The notes under the pieces: model-generated | The model's input: only the letters and a program-made list of their open reading frames with translations | What the model was told of the DNA's origin: nothing | The model's database searches: none | Program-made: the position numbers and the translations under genes | NCBI GenBank assembly: GCA_963713615.1 | Contig: CAVQMM010000001.1 | Location: 3,328,001-3,392,000 of the forward strand | Direction of reading: 5' to 3' | DNA length: 64,000 nt | Source of the DNA: an uncultured Chlamydiae bacterium | GTDB taxonomy: Bacteria; Chlamydiota; Chlamydiia; Chlamydiales; JAJFMA01 | Shown: positions 37,406 to 46,861 of the stretch, one piece after another | Position numbering within the stretch: the first letter of the stretch is position 1 | How the letters are laid out: each line of letters opens with the position of its first letter

Positions 37406-38347
37406 GTGAGTACCGAAAATCAACGGCTTCTGCATCTGCGTGATCGCGCTCATATGTTGAGTCAGGCACGCGTTTTTTTTGCAACACGCGAGGTTCTCGA
37501 GGTCGACTGCCCGATCTTGAGCCGTGGCGCCGCTATCGATGTCAATATCGACCTTATCTCCGCTTTCTACACGGGTGACGAACGTTGCTACCTTCATAGC
37601 TCTCCAGAATATGGTATGAAACGGCTGCTCGCAGAGGGTATTGGGGATATTTTCCAACTTTCGCACGTCTTTCGCGATGGGGAATTGGGCAGTCGCCATA
37701 ATCCGGAATTCATGATGGCTGAATGGTACCGCCTAGGCATCTCCTTCGAGGAGATGATTACCGAAACGCTCGATTTTATTAGGCTGTTTTTAGGTAACCT
37801 TCCCAGCACAACAATCAGCTATCGGGAAGCCCTCCAGCGCTATGCTAATATCGATTATGTAACAGCTTCTGATGAGTCTTTACGTGCATATCTACGTCTA
37901 CGAGGAACTGACGCCAGTGATGAAGAGCGCGATAGCCTTCTAAACTATATCCTCGGTATTGATGTTGAGCCGCATCTGGGGGCCGACGGACTTTGTGCCT
38001 TGGCTTATTATCCCTCAACACAGGCTGCACTAGCTAGAACGCAACCAAGGGGAGATGAGAAGGTTGCAGAGCGCTTTGAAGTCTATTATAAGGGTGTTGA
38101 ATTGGCCAACGGCTATCATGAACTGTCGGATGGTAAAGAGCAACGCAGACGCTTCGAGGCAGATAATATCCAGAGAAAATCCATGGGCAAGCGTGCGCTA
38201 CCCATCGATGAGGCTTTCTTGGACGCTCTGGAGACAGGATTACCCGATTGCTGTGGGGTTGCTGTGGGGTTTGATCGCCTGATGATGTTGCGTCTGAAAG
38301 CAGCTTCTCTTAGCGAAGTGATTCCCTTCGCATGGCAGGTCAAGTAA
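37406..38347 (+). CDS. epmA: EF-P lysine aminoacylase
   Basis: LHSSPEYGMKRLL, HNPEFMMAEWYR, ELANGYHEL and GVAVGFDRL motifs; follows efp. Confidence 0.95.
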   Translation: MSTENQRLLHLRDRAHMLSQARVFFATREVLEVDCPILSRGAAIDVNIDLISAFYTGDERCYLHSSPEYGMKRLLAEGIGDIFQLSHVFRDGELGSRHNPEFMMAEWYRLGISFEEMITETLDFIRLFLGNLPSTTISYREALQRYANIDYVTASDESLRAYLRLRGTDASDEERDSLLNYILGIDVEPHLGADGLCALAYYPSTQAALARTQPRGDEKVAERFEVYYKGVELANGYHELSDGKEQRRRFEADNIQRKSMGKRALPIDEAFLDALETGLPDCCGVAVGFDRLMMLRLKAASLSEVIPFAWQVK

Positions 38348-38556
38348 GTTTTGTTTTCACCATTTTATTCGCCACAGTAAAGCATTTCACAATTATAGTT
38401 CGTTTTAAATAATGCATTTTGTTGATTTTATTTCAATAAAAATATGCATAAACATCTTTGTGTGCTTTCTATTTAATTACATTTATTGTATAATATGTAA
38501 TGTAATTAAGAAATATTCATTCACTATAACCTTTATATAACTTATGGAAGTTTATT

Positions 38557-39924
38557 ATGGAGGCAGTGCCTGAGCAAGCATTTCATGGGGTGGATTCCAC
38601 GGCCCTGGTTGGCATCATTCATTCAGGGGATATCCAGCTTGATCCAGAAGGGATCAAGGGTTTGACATATGGATTGAAGGTCTTACGAGCCGCTGCTGGC
38701 TTGGCGAATATGTCAGAGGCTTATGAAAGCGTCAAAGCCATGGTGTTAGCAGTTCGCTGTGTAAGTCTTCTTTCTGTTAATCCCAACCAGCTTCTCAATA
38801 AAATTGGCAGCTCTTTTACGGATAGCTCTTCCTCAATTTCAGATTTCATCATCAACTGCAAAAAACTTACCGATGTTCTTGTAAAGCCTCCAAAAATGAT
38901 TCTTGCCTTGGCAAAATATGGCATGGTTTCTCCATCAGTTACGACGTTTCTCACGCCAGGCCTAATGTCAAGGCTAGCGCTTACGTCAATACGTGCTAAA
39001 CAGGCCTGTGGCATTGTCGCTGTCATTTCGCTGTGGGATCACTTGAAAGCTCCTAAGCTGGATAAACTGGGTATAGCGACTTCTTTCTCTCTGGTGGTCT
39101 TAGCGGTAGCGGCGTCCTTCGGCTGGACGGAATGGCGCCTTGGTGCCGAAATTGTCAGCAATTTATTGGGTCTTATTTCAGTATGGAACAATAAGATCGG
39201 TGAATCAGTTATGGTCATAGCTCCGGAGAAATCGGATGCGACAAAAGCCATGGAGAACGCTTTCCATACCGCCCATGAAGAAATCAAAGCTCTCCTCACG
39301 GATCAATTCGCGACCATGCTCGCACGGGTCTCAACTTATCCCGACGAGCAAATTAGTCATCTGTTAAAGGGCGATTTGATCCAGCAGCAAGCTCTATTTG
39401 AAAGCTATCTTTCCGATGCAATAAATGAATACGCACTGCAGGAATTGCTCAATACTTACCAAGATACATTCCTGCCAGATATCATCCAGCAGGGCCTATT
39501 AGATGCATCAGCTCTGACAGAAGTGCAGGAGCTGCATGTGAAGGGTCAATCGAGCCTTGCCCATGTCGATGAGCGTGAAAACATGGCTTATAAAGTTCTA
39601 GAGGGTCATCTGCAGTTTTTGCGACAACATGCAGCAACAATCCAAGACTGGTGCAACAGGGCATCATCCCAAGAGCTAAGCAGTGAAAAAGGTCAATTTG
39701 CTGTCGCAGTTTTAAGTTCCTTGAAGGATATTCAACAGGCAGTGACCACCCTTTCTGATGAGCTTTGGTTGCCAAAAGGTTCTCATTCTATGGAGTCGCA
39801 TCCTATTGAGCAGATGTCCATTGCCAAACGTGAGGGACTCTTAGAGTATATTGATCGCATCGCCGGAACTGATGCGCGGGGATTTATTGCCGAGAATGTA
39901 TTTCATGTCTTGCAAGATGAGTAG
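38557..39924 (+). CDS. Hypothetical protein with central hydrophobic hairpin and helical C-terminus
   Basis: 455-aa ORF with its own AT-rich upstream region; no recognised domain. Confidence 0.75.
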   Translation: MEAVPEQAFHGVDSTALVGIIHSGDIQLDPEGIKGLTYGLKVLRAAAGLANMSEAYESVKAMVLAVRCVSLLSVNPNQLLNKIGSSFTDSSSSISDFIINCKKLTDVLVKPPKMILALAKYGMVSPSVTTFLTPGLMSRLALTSIRAKQACGIVAVISLWDHLKAPKLDKLGIATSFSLVVLAVAASFGWTEWRLGAEIVSNLLGLISVWNNKIGESVMVIAPEKSDATKAMENAFHTAHEEIKALLTDQFATMLARVSTYPDEQISHLLKGDLIQQQALFESYLSDAINEYALQELLNTYQDTFLPDIIQQGLLDASALTEVQELHVKGQSSLAHVDERENMAYKVLEGHLQFLRQHAATIQDWCNRASSQELSSEKGQFAVAVLSSLKDIQQAVTTLSDELWLPKGSHSMESHPIEQMSIAKREGLLEYIDRIAGTDARGFIAENVFHVLQDE

Positions 39925-39936
39925 AGCGAGGCGTTC

Positions 39937-40192
39937 GTGGGGCTTTTTAGGATTTTCACCGCCGAGGCGCAGAGACACCTCACATAGCAGATAGGAGAGA
40001 GAGGATGCGGAATGAATGTCCAGTTACTGCTGGCGCTGTACAAAATCCAGTCTAAGGGTTTCCATATGAATACGATCCTGTCGAGCCCTTAGACAGAATT
40101 TTACCCAAGGCCCCACAAACGGCACATTCTCTCCGAATCTTCTCTCTCCTATCTTGGTGTGTCTCCGCACCTCGGCGGTAAAAATTCCTAAA
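39937..40192. repeat. Family C/H palindrome without IS (relative of the 34-36.7 kb locus)
   Basis: GTGGGGCTTTTTAGGATTTT..CCGCCGAG arm, CAGTTACT, CCAGTCTAAGGG..CCCTTAGACAG and CACAAACGGCACATTCTCTCC in the same order. Confidence 0.82.
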
Positions 40193-40322
40193 GTCCTCAT
40201 GAGGTAATTGCAGAAGTTCGATTCTCCGAAGTCAATTTCCTGAAAATCGGATGCCGGTGAAGAGAGAGTCATTCCCTTCCCAGGCCCGAAGGGTCGATAT
40301 TGCAACAGGCCATGGCATCGCC

Positions 40323-40633
40323 ACATAGGCCTCAACCTAAGCCTAACAATCGTATCTCGGCGCGCAGCGCTTTGGAGTGCGGTCGCTTGCGACCGCTTTG
40401 GGTTCCTTGCGACGGTCGTGTGCAACGGCATCACTATAATTCCCTAAGGGTAAAATAGTTAGTACATGCAGCCTTCGACGAATCCATACAATGCCGTTTA
40501 GCATTGCCGTCCCAAGGAACGAAAAGCGGTCGCAAGCGACCGCACTCCAAAGCGCTGCGCGCCGAGATACGATTGTGAAGTCCTAAGTCATTGAGATATA
40601 AGCTCAAAAGACCTGTTAGGTTGAGGCCTATGT
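40323..40633. mobile_element. 311-bp cassette G (TIR ACATAGGCCTCAACCTAA) containing a family F REP-like pair
   Basis: Perfect 18-bp TIR; flanked by direct repeat GGCATCGCC; near-identical copy at 63202-63512. Confidence 0.85.
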
Positions 40634-40653
40634 GGCATCGCCATGGTATATGC

Positions 40654-40813
40654 GGCCTTATTCACCTTTGCGGTCAGTTTTCGGTCGACTGCAAAAGGAT
40701 CGTCTGTCGCGTTTTGCTCCTCGGACATAGCTGGCGCTATGCCCTCGTCACAAACCACGACATCCGACCTTTTTCGTCCGACCGAAATTCTGACCGTAAA
40801 GGTGAACAAGGCC
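40654..40813. mobile_element. MITE family A, full copy in reverse orientation
   Basis: Matches the reverse complement of 5009-5169; no TSD visible. Confidence 0.88.
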
Positions 40814-41077
40814 CAGAATCGCCTTCTCGCAAAAAAAAGGTAACCTTTTTTCCTAAGAATCGATCCTTAAGGGCTCAAATAATTTTGCAATTACCTCTCA
40901 GGGTCCTTTCCCGGGTAACGAAAAAATCCGTTCAATTGTTTACAAAAACATCATTTTCTATTATTAAATAATTCAGTCCACGCAATTATTGAATTAAAAT
41001 TAAAATAAAATTATGCTATAATGGATGTAGGAAGAATACCAACTCACATTAATCAAGAGATAGACGACGCGTTGCAT

Positions 41078-41093
41078 TGGCACTTTGTTCGCA
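41078..41093 (+). promoter_or_regulatory. Putative sigma54 -24/-12 promoter
   Basis: TGGCACTTTGTTCGCA (GG-N10-GC), about 58 nt before ATG 41151. Confidence 0.6.
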
Positions 41094-41150
41094 TAGCTGA
41101 TTGGTAAGCGTCAAATGGAAAAACAAGTTTTGTGAGTGAAGGAGTCGATT

Positions 41151-43442
41151 ATGGTTTCCCCATTAGCTCCAAATGCTTCAACACCCCTTACGCAGACTGA
41201 GCTGCTTGCTGAACAGCATCTGAATCTTTCAGGTGCCCTGGATAATATCCTTACAGCAAAATCAGACAATGACATTAGCATAAGCTCTTACCTTGAAGTC
41301 CAATCGTCAGCACACTTGGACCTTGACCAAACGCTCTATAATATAGAATTTACGGACTCCACGCTGGCAAATCGTTTTGCTAGTGATGGACTAGACCAAA
41401 TGGACTCATTAATTCAGGAGTATAACGCTCTTTATGGTGAGTTTCAGGCGAGCCAGGTCAATACAGCGGCAACGGATCCAGCCACTACGAATCTGAATAC
41501 ATATGCTACTAGTACAAATACAAGTATTTCTCATACTCAGACGAGCGCAACCACTTATAATAATGCAGTAGGCCAGTATAATTCAGCTGCGAGTACTTTT
41601 AATAACGAGGAGACGGCGGGTTTTTCCAGTCCGGCAGCTGAGGATGCGGCGATTAATGTATACAATCTTGCTGTAACAAACTACAATAATGCAGCCAATA
41701 CATACAACAATTCTGTTAACACAAGCAATGTATCTATTACCACCTATAATGCTCAAGTAGATAACTATAATGCGACAACCTTGGTGCAAACTAATAATGA
41801 TATTGCTGCTCAAAACGCGGCAAATCCCACACAGACACCGTTACCACCACAACCTCCAACGCCTGATATGGCTCCAATTCCTACCGTAGGCACCCTCTCA
41901 ACGCTACCATTGGTCCCTGTGACAGGTCCTGTTCCTGTAGTATCTACCGCTCCCACACCACCATTGATTCCGGTCTACATTCTTCCAAGTGCGTTAAATT
42001 TCTACAAAAATTATTTAGTTCCTTCCTTTTTGCCTTCGCAATTACCAGCTTTAGTCTATCTTACAACAATTCAAAGACTGTTTAACCAAATTTTAGATCA
42101 AAGTAATCCTCTACCAACAACGATCAAGCCTAATGCTGGTACTCAAGATATTACTCGACCTCGTGCCTATATCAATCGTGACGAAACAAACTCTATATCT
42201 ACTGGGGGAAGCGGAGTTGGTGGGGTATCAACTAGTGTATTGGCTATGGGTTTAGACAATGCGGAGATGGACAGTATTCTGGGAGAAGGGGTTGTAAAAC
42301 AAATGTTCGACAATACTACTGTCCCAGCTCCACTTCAGGAACGATTGACAGCACTCGTATCTACATTATTCATACGCAGTTCTGTAGCTGGATCTCTACC
42401 AGCTGTGCAAACATTTCTGGGATCTGATCTTTCCCAAATTGAGAATCAATCGGGTGCGGGTCGTGCGGCGAGTTCGCTTGGGACCACTGCGGCGATTCTG
42501 GGATTATTACGCGGAAATGCTCTACAACAGCCAATCTCGACGATCATTAACACAACCACGCAGTTGCAAAGCCTCAATGATACTGACAAGCAAAATTTAC
42601 AATCGGGTTTACAAGCAATCACCTCAACAGCCTTACTTAAGCTTGGTCTGGGTTCTTTAGTGCATGAAACGCAAACCCCCGGCCTATTGAATGTGATGGA
42701 TGCAGCAGTGATCTCAGGAACCCCGCAAAATGCCAATTCTCGCTTTGGTGTTGTGGTGACGAGTTTAGATAATCTAAAGGCTGCATTTGGTTCTCAGGAG
42801 GTTTCTAGCTTACTTAGCCAGTACCTTGCTAACCAGATCGTCAATGCTCCAGGAGTGAGTCCCACCCAAGTCAATGATCTAGCCAATCAAATAGCGACCA
42901 ATGTGACAACCGAACCCACCCCTGCGACGCCTGCAGCCCTACAGCAAATTATTCAACAAAGCCTCGCTTCCACGCTGGGATCCAACGTCTCTTCCGCTCT
43001 CGTCCAGCAGCTCACTGGTCAGGTTTCCTTGTTCGCCATAGCCGGTGCAACACGTAGTGATCTTTTACAAAATCTCATTTCTTCAGCTGGGCCGGCTAAT
43101 GCAGAGAATTTAACAGATCAAACGATTGTGCGACTTTTTGGATTCTCGCCGAGCTTTGGTGAAGGTGAAATCATTCAACGTCCTAGTGAAGAAGCTACAG
43201 CGCTTCCTGCTGTGACTTCGTTAGCAGATAGTGCTCAGGCTTTGAATAACTTAGACGCCAGCAAGGCTGGGCAAATGGTGGCCGACAACTTTAACACGAG
43301 TAGGGCTCATCAGGATGTGCAAAACTTAGATGCATTTTTCCGTGAGGTGATTGACCCAGGCCAAATGCTGGTCGGTTTGATGTATGAAGGACATCGCGGA
43401 ACAGCCTTTAAACGTGGAAAAACAGATATTGATTTAGCTTAA
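41151..43442 (+). CDS. Candidate T3SS-secreted protein (Asn/Thr-rich heptads, Pro-rich linker)
   Basis: AAGGAG RBS; YNNAV..YN heptads; Pro-rich segment; heads the translocon region. Confidence 0.75.
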   Translation: MVSPLAPNASTPLTQTELLAEQHLNLSGALDNILTAKSDNDISISSYLEVQSSAHLDLDQTLYNIEFTDSTLANRFASDGLDQMDSLIQEYNALYGEFQASQVNTAATDPATTNLNTYATSTNTSISHTQTSATTYNNAVGQYNSAASTFNNEETAGFSSPAAEDAAINVYNLAVTNYNNAANTYNNSVNTSNVSITTYNAQVDNYNATTLVQTNNDIAAQNAANPTQTPLPPQPPTPDMAPIPTVGTLSTLPLVPVTGPVPVVSTAPTPPLIPVYILPSALNFYKNYLVPSFLPSQLPALVYLTTIQRLFNQILDQSNPLPTTIKPNAGTQDITRPRAYINRDETNSISTGGSGVGGVSTSVLAMGLDNAEMDSILGEGVVKQMFDNTTVPAPLQERLTALVSTLFIRSSVAGSLPAVQTFLGSDLSQIENQSGAGRAASSLGTTAAILGLLRGNALQQPISTIINTTTQLQSLNDTDKQNLQSGLQAITSTALLKLGLGSLVHETQTPGLLNVMDAAVISGTPQNANSRFGVVVTSLDNLKAAFGSQEVSSLLSQYLANQIVNAPGVSPTQVNDLANQIATNVTTEPTPATPAALQQIIQQSLASTLGSNVSSALVQQLTGQVSLFAIAGATRSDLLQNLISSAGPANAENLTDQTIVRLFGFSPSFGEGEIIQRPSEEATALPAVTSLADSAQALNNLDASKAGQMVADNFNTSRAHQDVQNLDAFFREVIDPGQMLVGLMYEGHRGTAFKRGKTDIDLA

Positions 43443-43480
43443 CGAAGCTAGATTGCACAACATGTTAGTAAAGCACAAAG

Positions 43481-43509
43481 TTGAATTTTATATAAATTTG
43501 TACTATAAT
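43481..43509 (+). promoter_or_regulatory. sigma66/sigma70-type promoter TTGAAT-N17-TATAAT
   Basis: Near-consensus hexamers with 17-nt spacer, upstream of 43637. Confidence 0.65.
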
Positions 43510-43636
43510 GGTATTGAGAAATAAGGGTTTGTACACATTCAAACACAATTGATACTGCGTCTTTACTACTGACCTACTGAAACGATACCCTTAATGGAAT
43601 CCTTCCGATATAGCTCAAAGGCGGAGGAAAGAGATT

Positions 43637-44824
43637 ATGGATATGCCTATGATGGTGGCTGGTGTGGGTACCGTCCCTACCGCACTAACCGAGACAGACC
43701 AAGTCGTTGTTACGGATTATCAAAATCAGGTTGCTATTCTACAGAATATTTTAGATCAGGCGCCTGGCACGCTCACCGCCGCTGATGCAAACACCGTCAG
43801 CCAGGCCATCATCAATCTGCAAAATTTGGCGGCTTCAGGGCTTCCAGCAACCCATAATAATTATGCTGGTGTGCCCACGACGCAAACTTACTACATGACT
43901 ACAGACATGGCAAGGCAGACAGACTTGCTTATGCGATCGATGATGGCTGCAGGGATCACCCCAGGAAGTGCGATAACGCTCACACAACTGCAAAAATGGC
44001 AAGATCTAGGAGTTAATGGGGTTAGCGTTGTTGTCCAACGTGCAGCTCAAGCGGTAGACACCAACCGCTCTTTGCAGGCGCTTATCGAGACGGAATATGT
44101 CGCTACAGCTAACAATGTGCTAGCGACCCAATTGACGGCTCTTGAGGCTGCTATGAGTACAACGCAAGCGATTACGGTGACGCTAACCAGCTTACAAAGT
44201 GTCCGTAACTTAGTCGCTCCAGAAAACAAAAGTGGTGTCAGTTTAAGTGCATTACCTACAGGTGTAAGTGCTGCTGAGACGGCTTATAATACGGCTGCCC
44301 AATCCGCATTTGGAAACCCGATTAATATATATGTAGCTTTTGGTACCCAAAACCCACAGGACGTCATCGCCCAAGTAGCCACAGACCGTGCCCAGCTAGC
44401 TGCTGAACTAACGCAATTGGATAAAATCAGTCCGCCTACCATTGGTTCTACCGGTCAGGCTGTTTATACTCCCAATAGTCTTCAAGCAGAAGTCTCTGGT
44501 GTCCTCAGCGATATGACAACCTACCTGCCTATAGGAGCCACCAGTCCCAGTGATATCACCCTTTCCGGCCTAGAAGCATGGATAATCGATAACATGAACC
44601 AGCATTTACCCCAAGACTCGCCTAGCGCTGTTGCTTTGGCTGGTAAAATTGGGCAAACCTTTACTGCTGCAGTTGCAGCCGCCACAAACTTAAATGATAC
44701 GCAAAAAGAACAATTTCAACAGTATATGTTCATCTTTCAAGAGTTTTATCAGTCTGCTGGAGCTATAATGACTCAGATTAACCAAATATTAGCTACTATG
44801 GCTCAAGATATGGGTCAAGGGTAA
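43637..44824 (+). CDS. Candidate T3SS tip/filament-like secreted protein
   Basis: Helical, T/Q/A-rich; C-terminal amphipathic helix FQEFYQSAGAIMTQINQILATMAQDM; functional call is inference. Confidence 0.6.
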   Translation: MDMPMMVAGVGTVPTALTETDQVVVTDYQNQVAILQNILDQAPGTLTAADANTVSQAIINLQNLAASGLPATHNNYAGVPTTQTYYMTTDMARQTDLLMRSMMAAGITPGSAITLTQLQKWQDLGVNGVSVVVQRAAQAVDTNRSLQALIETEYVATANNVLATQLTALEAAMSTTQAITVTLTSLQSVRNLVAPENKSGVSLSALPTGVSAAETAYNTAAQSAFGNPINIYVAFGTQNPQDVIAQVATDRAQLAAELTQLDKISPPTIGSTGQAVYTPNSLQAEVSGVLSDMTTYLPIGATSPSDITLSGLEAWIIDNMNQHLPQDSPSAVALAGKIGQTFTAAVAAATNLNDTQKEQFQQYMFIFQEFYQSAGAIMTQINQILATMAQDMGQG

Positions 44825-44957
44825 TAATAAATTATAAAAGGTATATTAAATTATTAAACTATATTATAAAATAATAATTAAGCGAGAGGCAGTTAACACC
44901 TATCGGTAATATTGATTCTATCGTCTGTCTTTAGCAGAGTTTGGAGGATATAAATCC

Positions 44958-46151
44958 ATGACAAGCGCTATTCCTAATACTGCTCCCCCCGTTAAACCTA
45001 CAGATCCCTTTTTTAGTATTCTTGCTGACACAAATTACAGCGCTGATCCCTCAGGATTAACAGCGGCAGAGGCAGGAATCACCAGTCAATTTGGCTCAAC
45101 AACAAACTTTGATAATCTACTGGCTAGCTGGGATATGGATAATGGCGATCCAGCTACGCGAAAAGTATTTCCACGTACTTACCAGCAGTTTGTTACAGCC
45201 GTAGAACAGGCATCCGGAAGCACAAACGCCACCGCAATCATGAATGGTTTTGAAACCGAATTCGCTCAGATTTTGCAGATTACAGGAGGGATATCCGGAG
45301 GCGGAGGAGATTACACTGGTATTCCTACTAGCCAACTTACGACACAGTTTCAGGACGCTTTTTCCTCATTTCTATACAACTTTCAATTTCAGGTAGATAC
45401 GAATGCAGACGGAACACCTGGTCCGACCGATGGTGCGGCGGGACCAACGAGTTATTTCATTCAGCAGTGGCATACATGGATGACGGTGACTGCCACGAAC
45501 TTAACTCAGTATGCGACAGGTCCTACAGCGAATGTGTCGACTTTTCAGCAGATTTATCAGGCTTTCTTCCCCAATGGCACAGAAGCGCAATTCATTGCTT
45601 TGCGTAACCAGCTAGTCCAGCAAGAGATTAATGATCCGAACTTTAATTACTTTATACCCAGCCACTTCCTCTCGCAGTGGTATACGTTGGTGCAAACTGC
45701 TTATTTAACTCCATTATTAGGAGATAGCTCAGCAGCGCTTACCGATTCTGATCAATTAACCGTAATCTGGAAGGTATTTAATTTATGTGTACAGGTCATT
45801 GCTAATTTAGAAACACTCTCGACAGTTGCATCGGGCCAGCTGAACTTTTTGACTAACTACCAAGAGGCCTACACAAACTTGATGGCACAGATTCCGGTAT
45901 TCACAGCGGGGGATGGCAGTCCATTTGGTGGCACAGATAGTACCTCTGCAGAAGCCAGGCAGGAGTTGAACCCAAAGAACCAAACGCTGACGCAAAACTT
46001 ACAATCCTACCGAGATCTGCTAGGCGACCAAGCGCAGACAGTTCAGTCCAACCTTAACCAACTTAATCAGTCTGTGAACCAACAATCAAGTTTGTGTGAT
46101 TCTATTTTGCAAGAGATGAACACGATTCTCTCCTCGATATTCCCGGCATAA
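44958..46151 (+). CDS. Candidate T3SS tip-like secreted protein
   Basis: C-terminal coiled coil QTVQSNLNQLNQSVNQQSSLCDSILQEMNTILSSIF; lies directly before the class II chaperone gene. Confidence 0.6.
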   Translation: MTSAIPNTAPPVKPTDPFFSILADTNYSADPSGLTAAEAGITSQFGSTTNFDNLLASWDMDNGDPATRKVFPRTYQQFVTAVEQASGSTNATAIMNGFETEFAQILQITGGISGGGGDYTGIPTSQLTTQFQDAFSSFLYNFQFQVDTNADGTPGPTDGAAGPTSYFIQQWHTWMTVTATNLTQYATGPTANVSTFQQIYQAFFPNGTEAQFIALRNQLVQQEINDPNFNYFIPSHFLSQWYTLVQTAYLTPLLGDSSAALTDSDQLTVIWKVFNLCVQVIANLETLSTVASGQLNFLTNYQEAYTNLMAQIPVFTAGDGSPFGGTDSTSAEARQELNPKNQTLTQNLQSYRDLLGDQAQTVQSNLNQLNQSVNQQSSLCDSILQEMNTILSSIFPA

Positions 46152-46254
46152 GTAGTTGGCACGCAATTTGAAAAGGAAATTTCGATGATGTTGAGACTAA
46201 AGCTAGTAATGACGAATAGAAACTAGTTAACACTATTTTAAGGAGGGAGCACTC

Positions 46255-46836
46255 ATGGTTGAATCAAAGGGAGTTAAGAAAGAAGCTGCAGAGCTAAATG
46301 GGCCGCCAACGAAGGAGGAAATGGATAAGATCGTGAGTGATATATTTGAAAAAGACATGTTGCCTAAGGATGCAATTGGCATACCGGATGATGTCATGGA
46401 GGGCATATATGCCCATGCCTATCGCACTTACAATGTGGGAAAGTACCACAATGCTGCACAATTATTTCGTCTATTAATCATGCTTAATGCCCTAGAACCT
46501 AAGTATGTTCTAGGTTTAGCTGCATGCCATCATCTGCTCGGACAGTATGACAATGCCCTCATGATGTATATGGTTGTTGAGGTCCTTAACCCTAAGGATC
46601 CTATGCCAAACTACCACTCAGCGGACTGCTATATCCGGATTGAAATGCAAGAGGATGCCCTAGAACAGATGCAGAAGGCATTAACTAAGTGTGGCGAATT
46701 ACCACAGTACACAGCTCTGAAGAACAGAATTATTGTTACCATCGCCGCCCTAGTTAAGCAAGTGGCTGACATCAAACGCGCTGAGGCGGAAGAAGCATTA
46801 TCAGAGAAAGCCGTTGAGAAGAAGAGTAAAGGTTAA
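46255..46836 (+). CDS. SycD/LcrH-family class II T3SS chaperone, copy 1
   Basis: MEGIYAHAYRTYNVGKY..A..LFRLL, YVLGLAACHH and PNYHSADCY TPR motifs. Confidence 0.92.
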   Translation: MVESKGVKKEAAELNGPPTKEEMDKIVSDIFEKDMLPKDAIGIPDDVMEGIYAHAYRTYNVGKYHNAAQLFRLLIMLNALEPKYVLGLAACHHLLGQYDNALMMYMVVEVLNPKDPMPNYHSADCYIRIEMQEDALEQMQKALTKCGELPQYTALKNRIIVTIAALVKQVADIKRAEAEEALSEKAVEKKSKG

Positions 46837-46861
46837 AAAAACAAGAATTGGGAGGTTTTGG

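Larger units (their letters stand above)
40201..40897. mobile_element. Composite nested element (family K) carrying D, G/F and A repeats
   Basis: Ends GAGGTAATTGCAGAA and TTTTGCAATTACCTC (14/15 inverted match); both terminal segments recur at 63.56-63.73 kb, and one at 26.26-26.33 kb. Confidence 0.7.

Noticed and set aside
36834..38347. efp-epmA without epmB
   Set aside because: epmB may be elsewhere in the genome; absence from one window is uninformative
41104..41114. GTAAGCGTCAA resembling an IS66 end
   Set aside because: Only 11 bp, with no partner end, TSD or transposase remnant; could be chance
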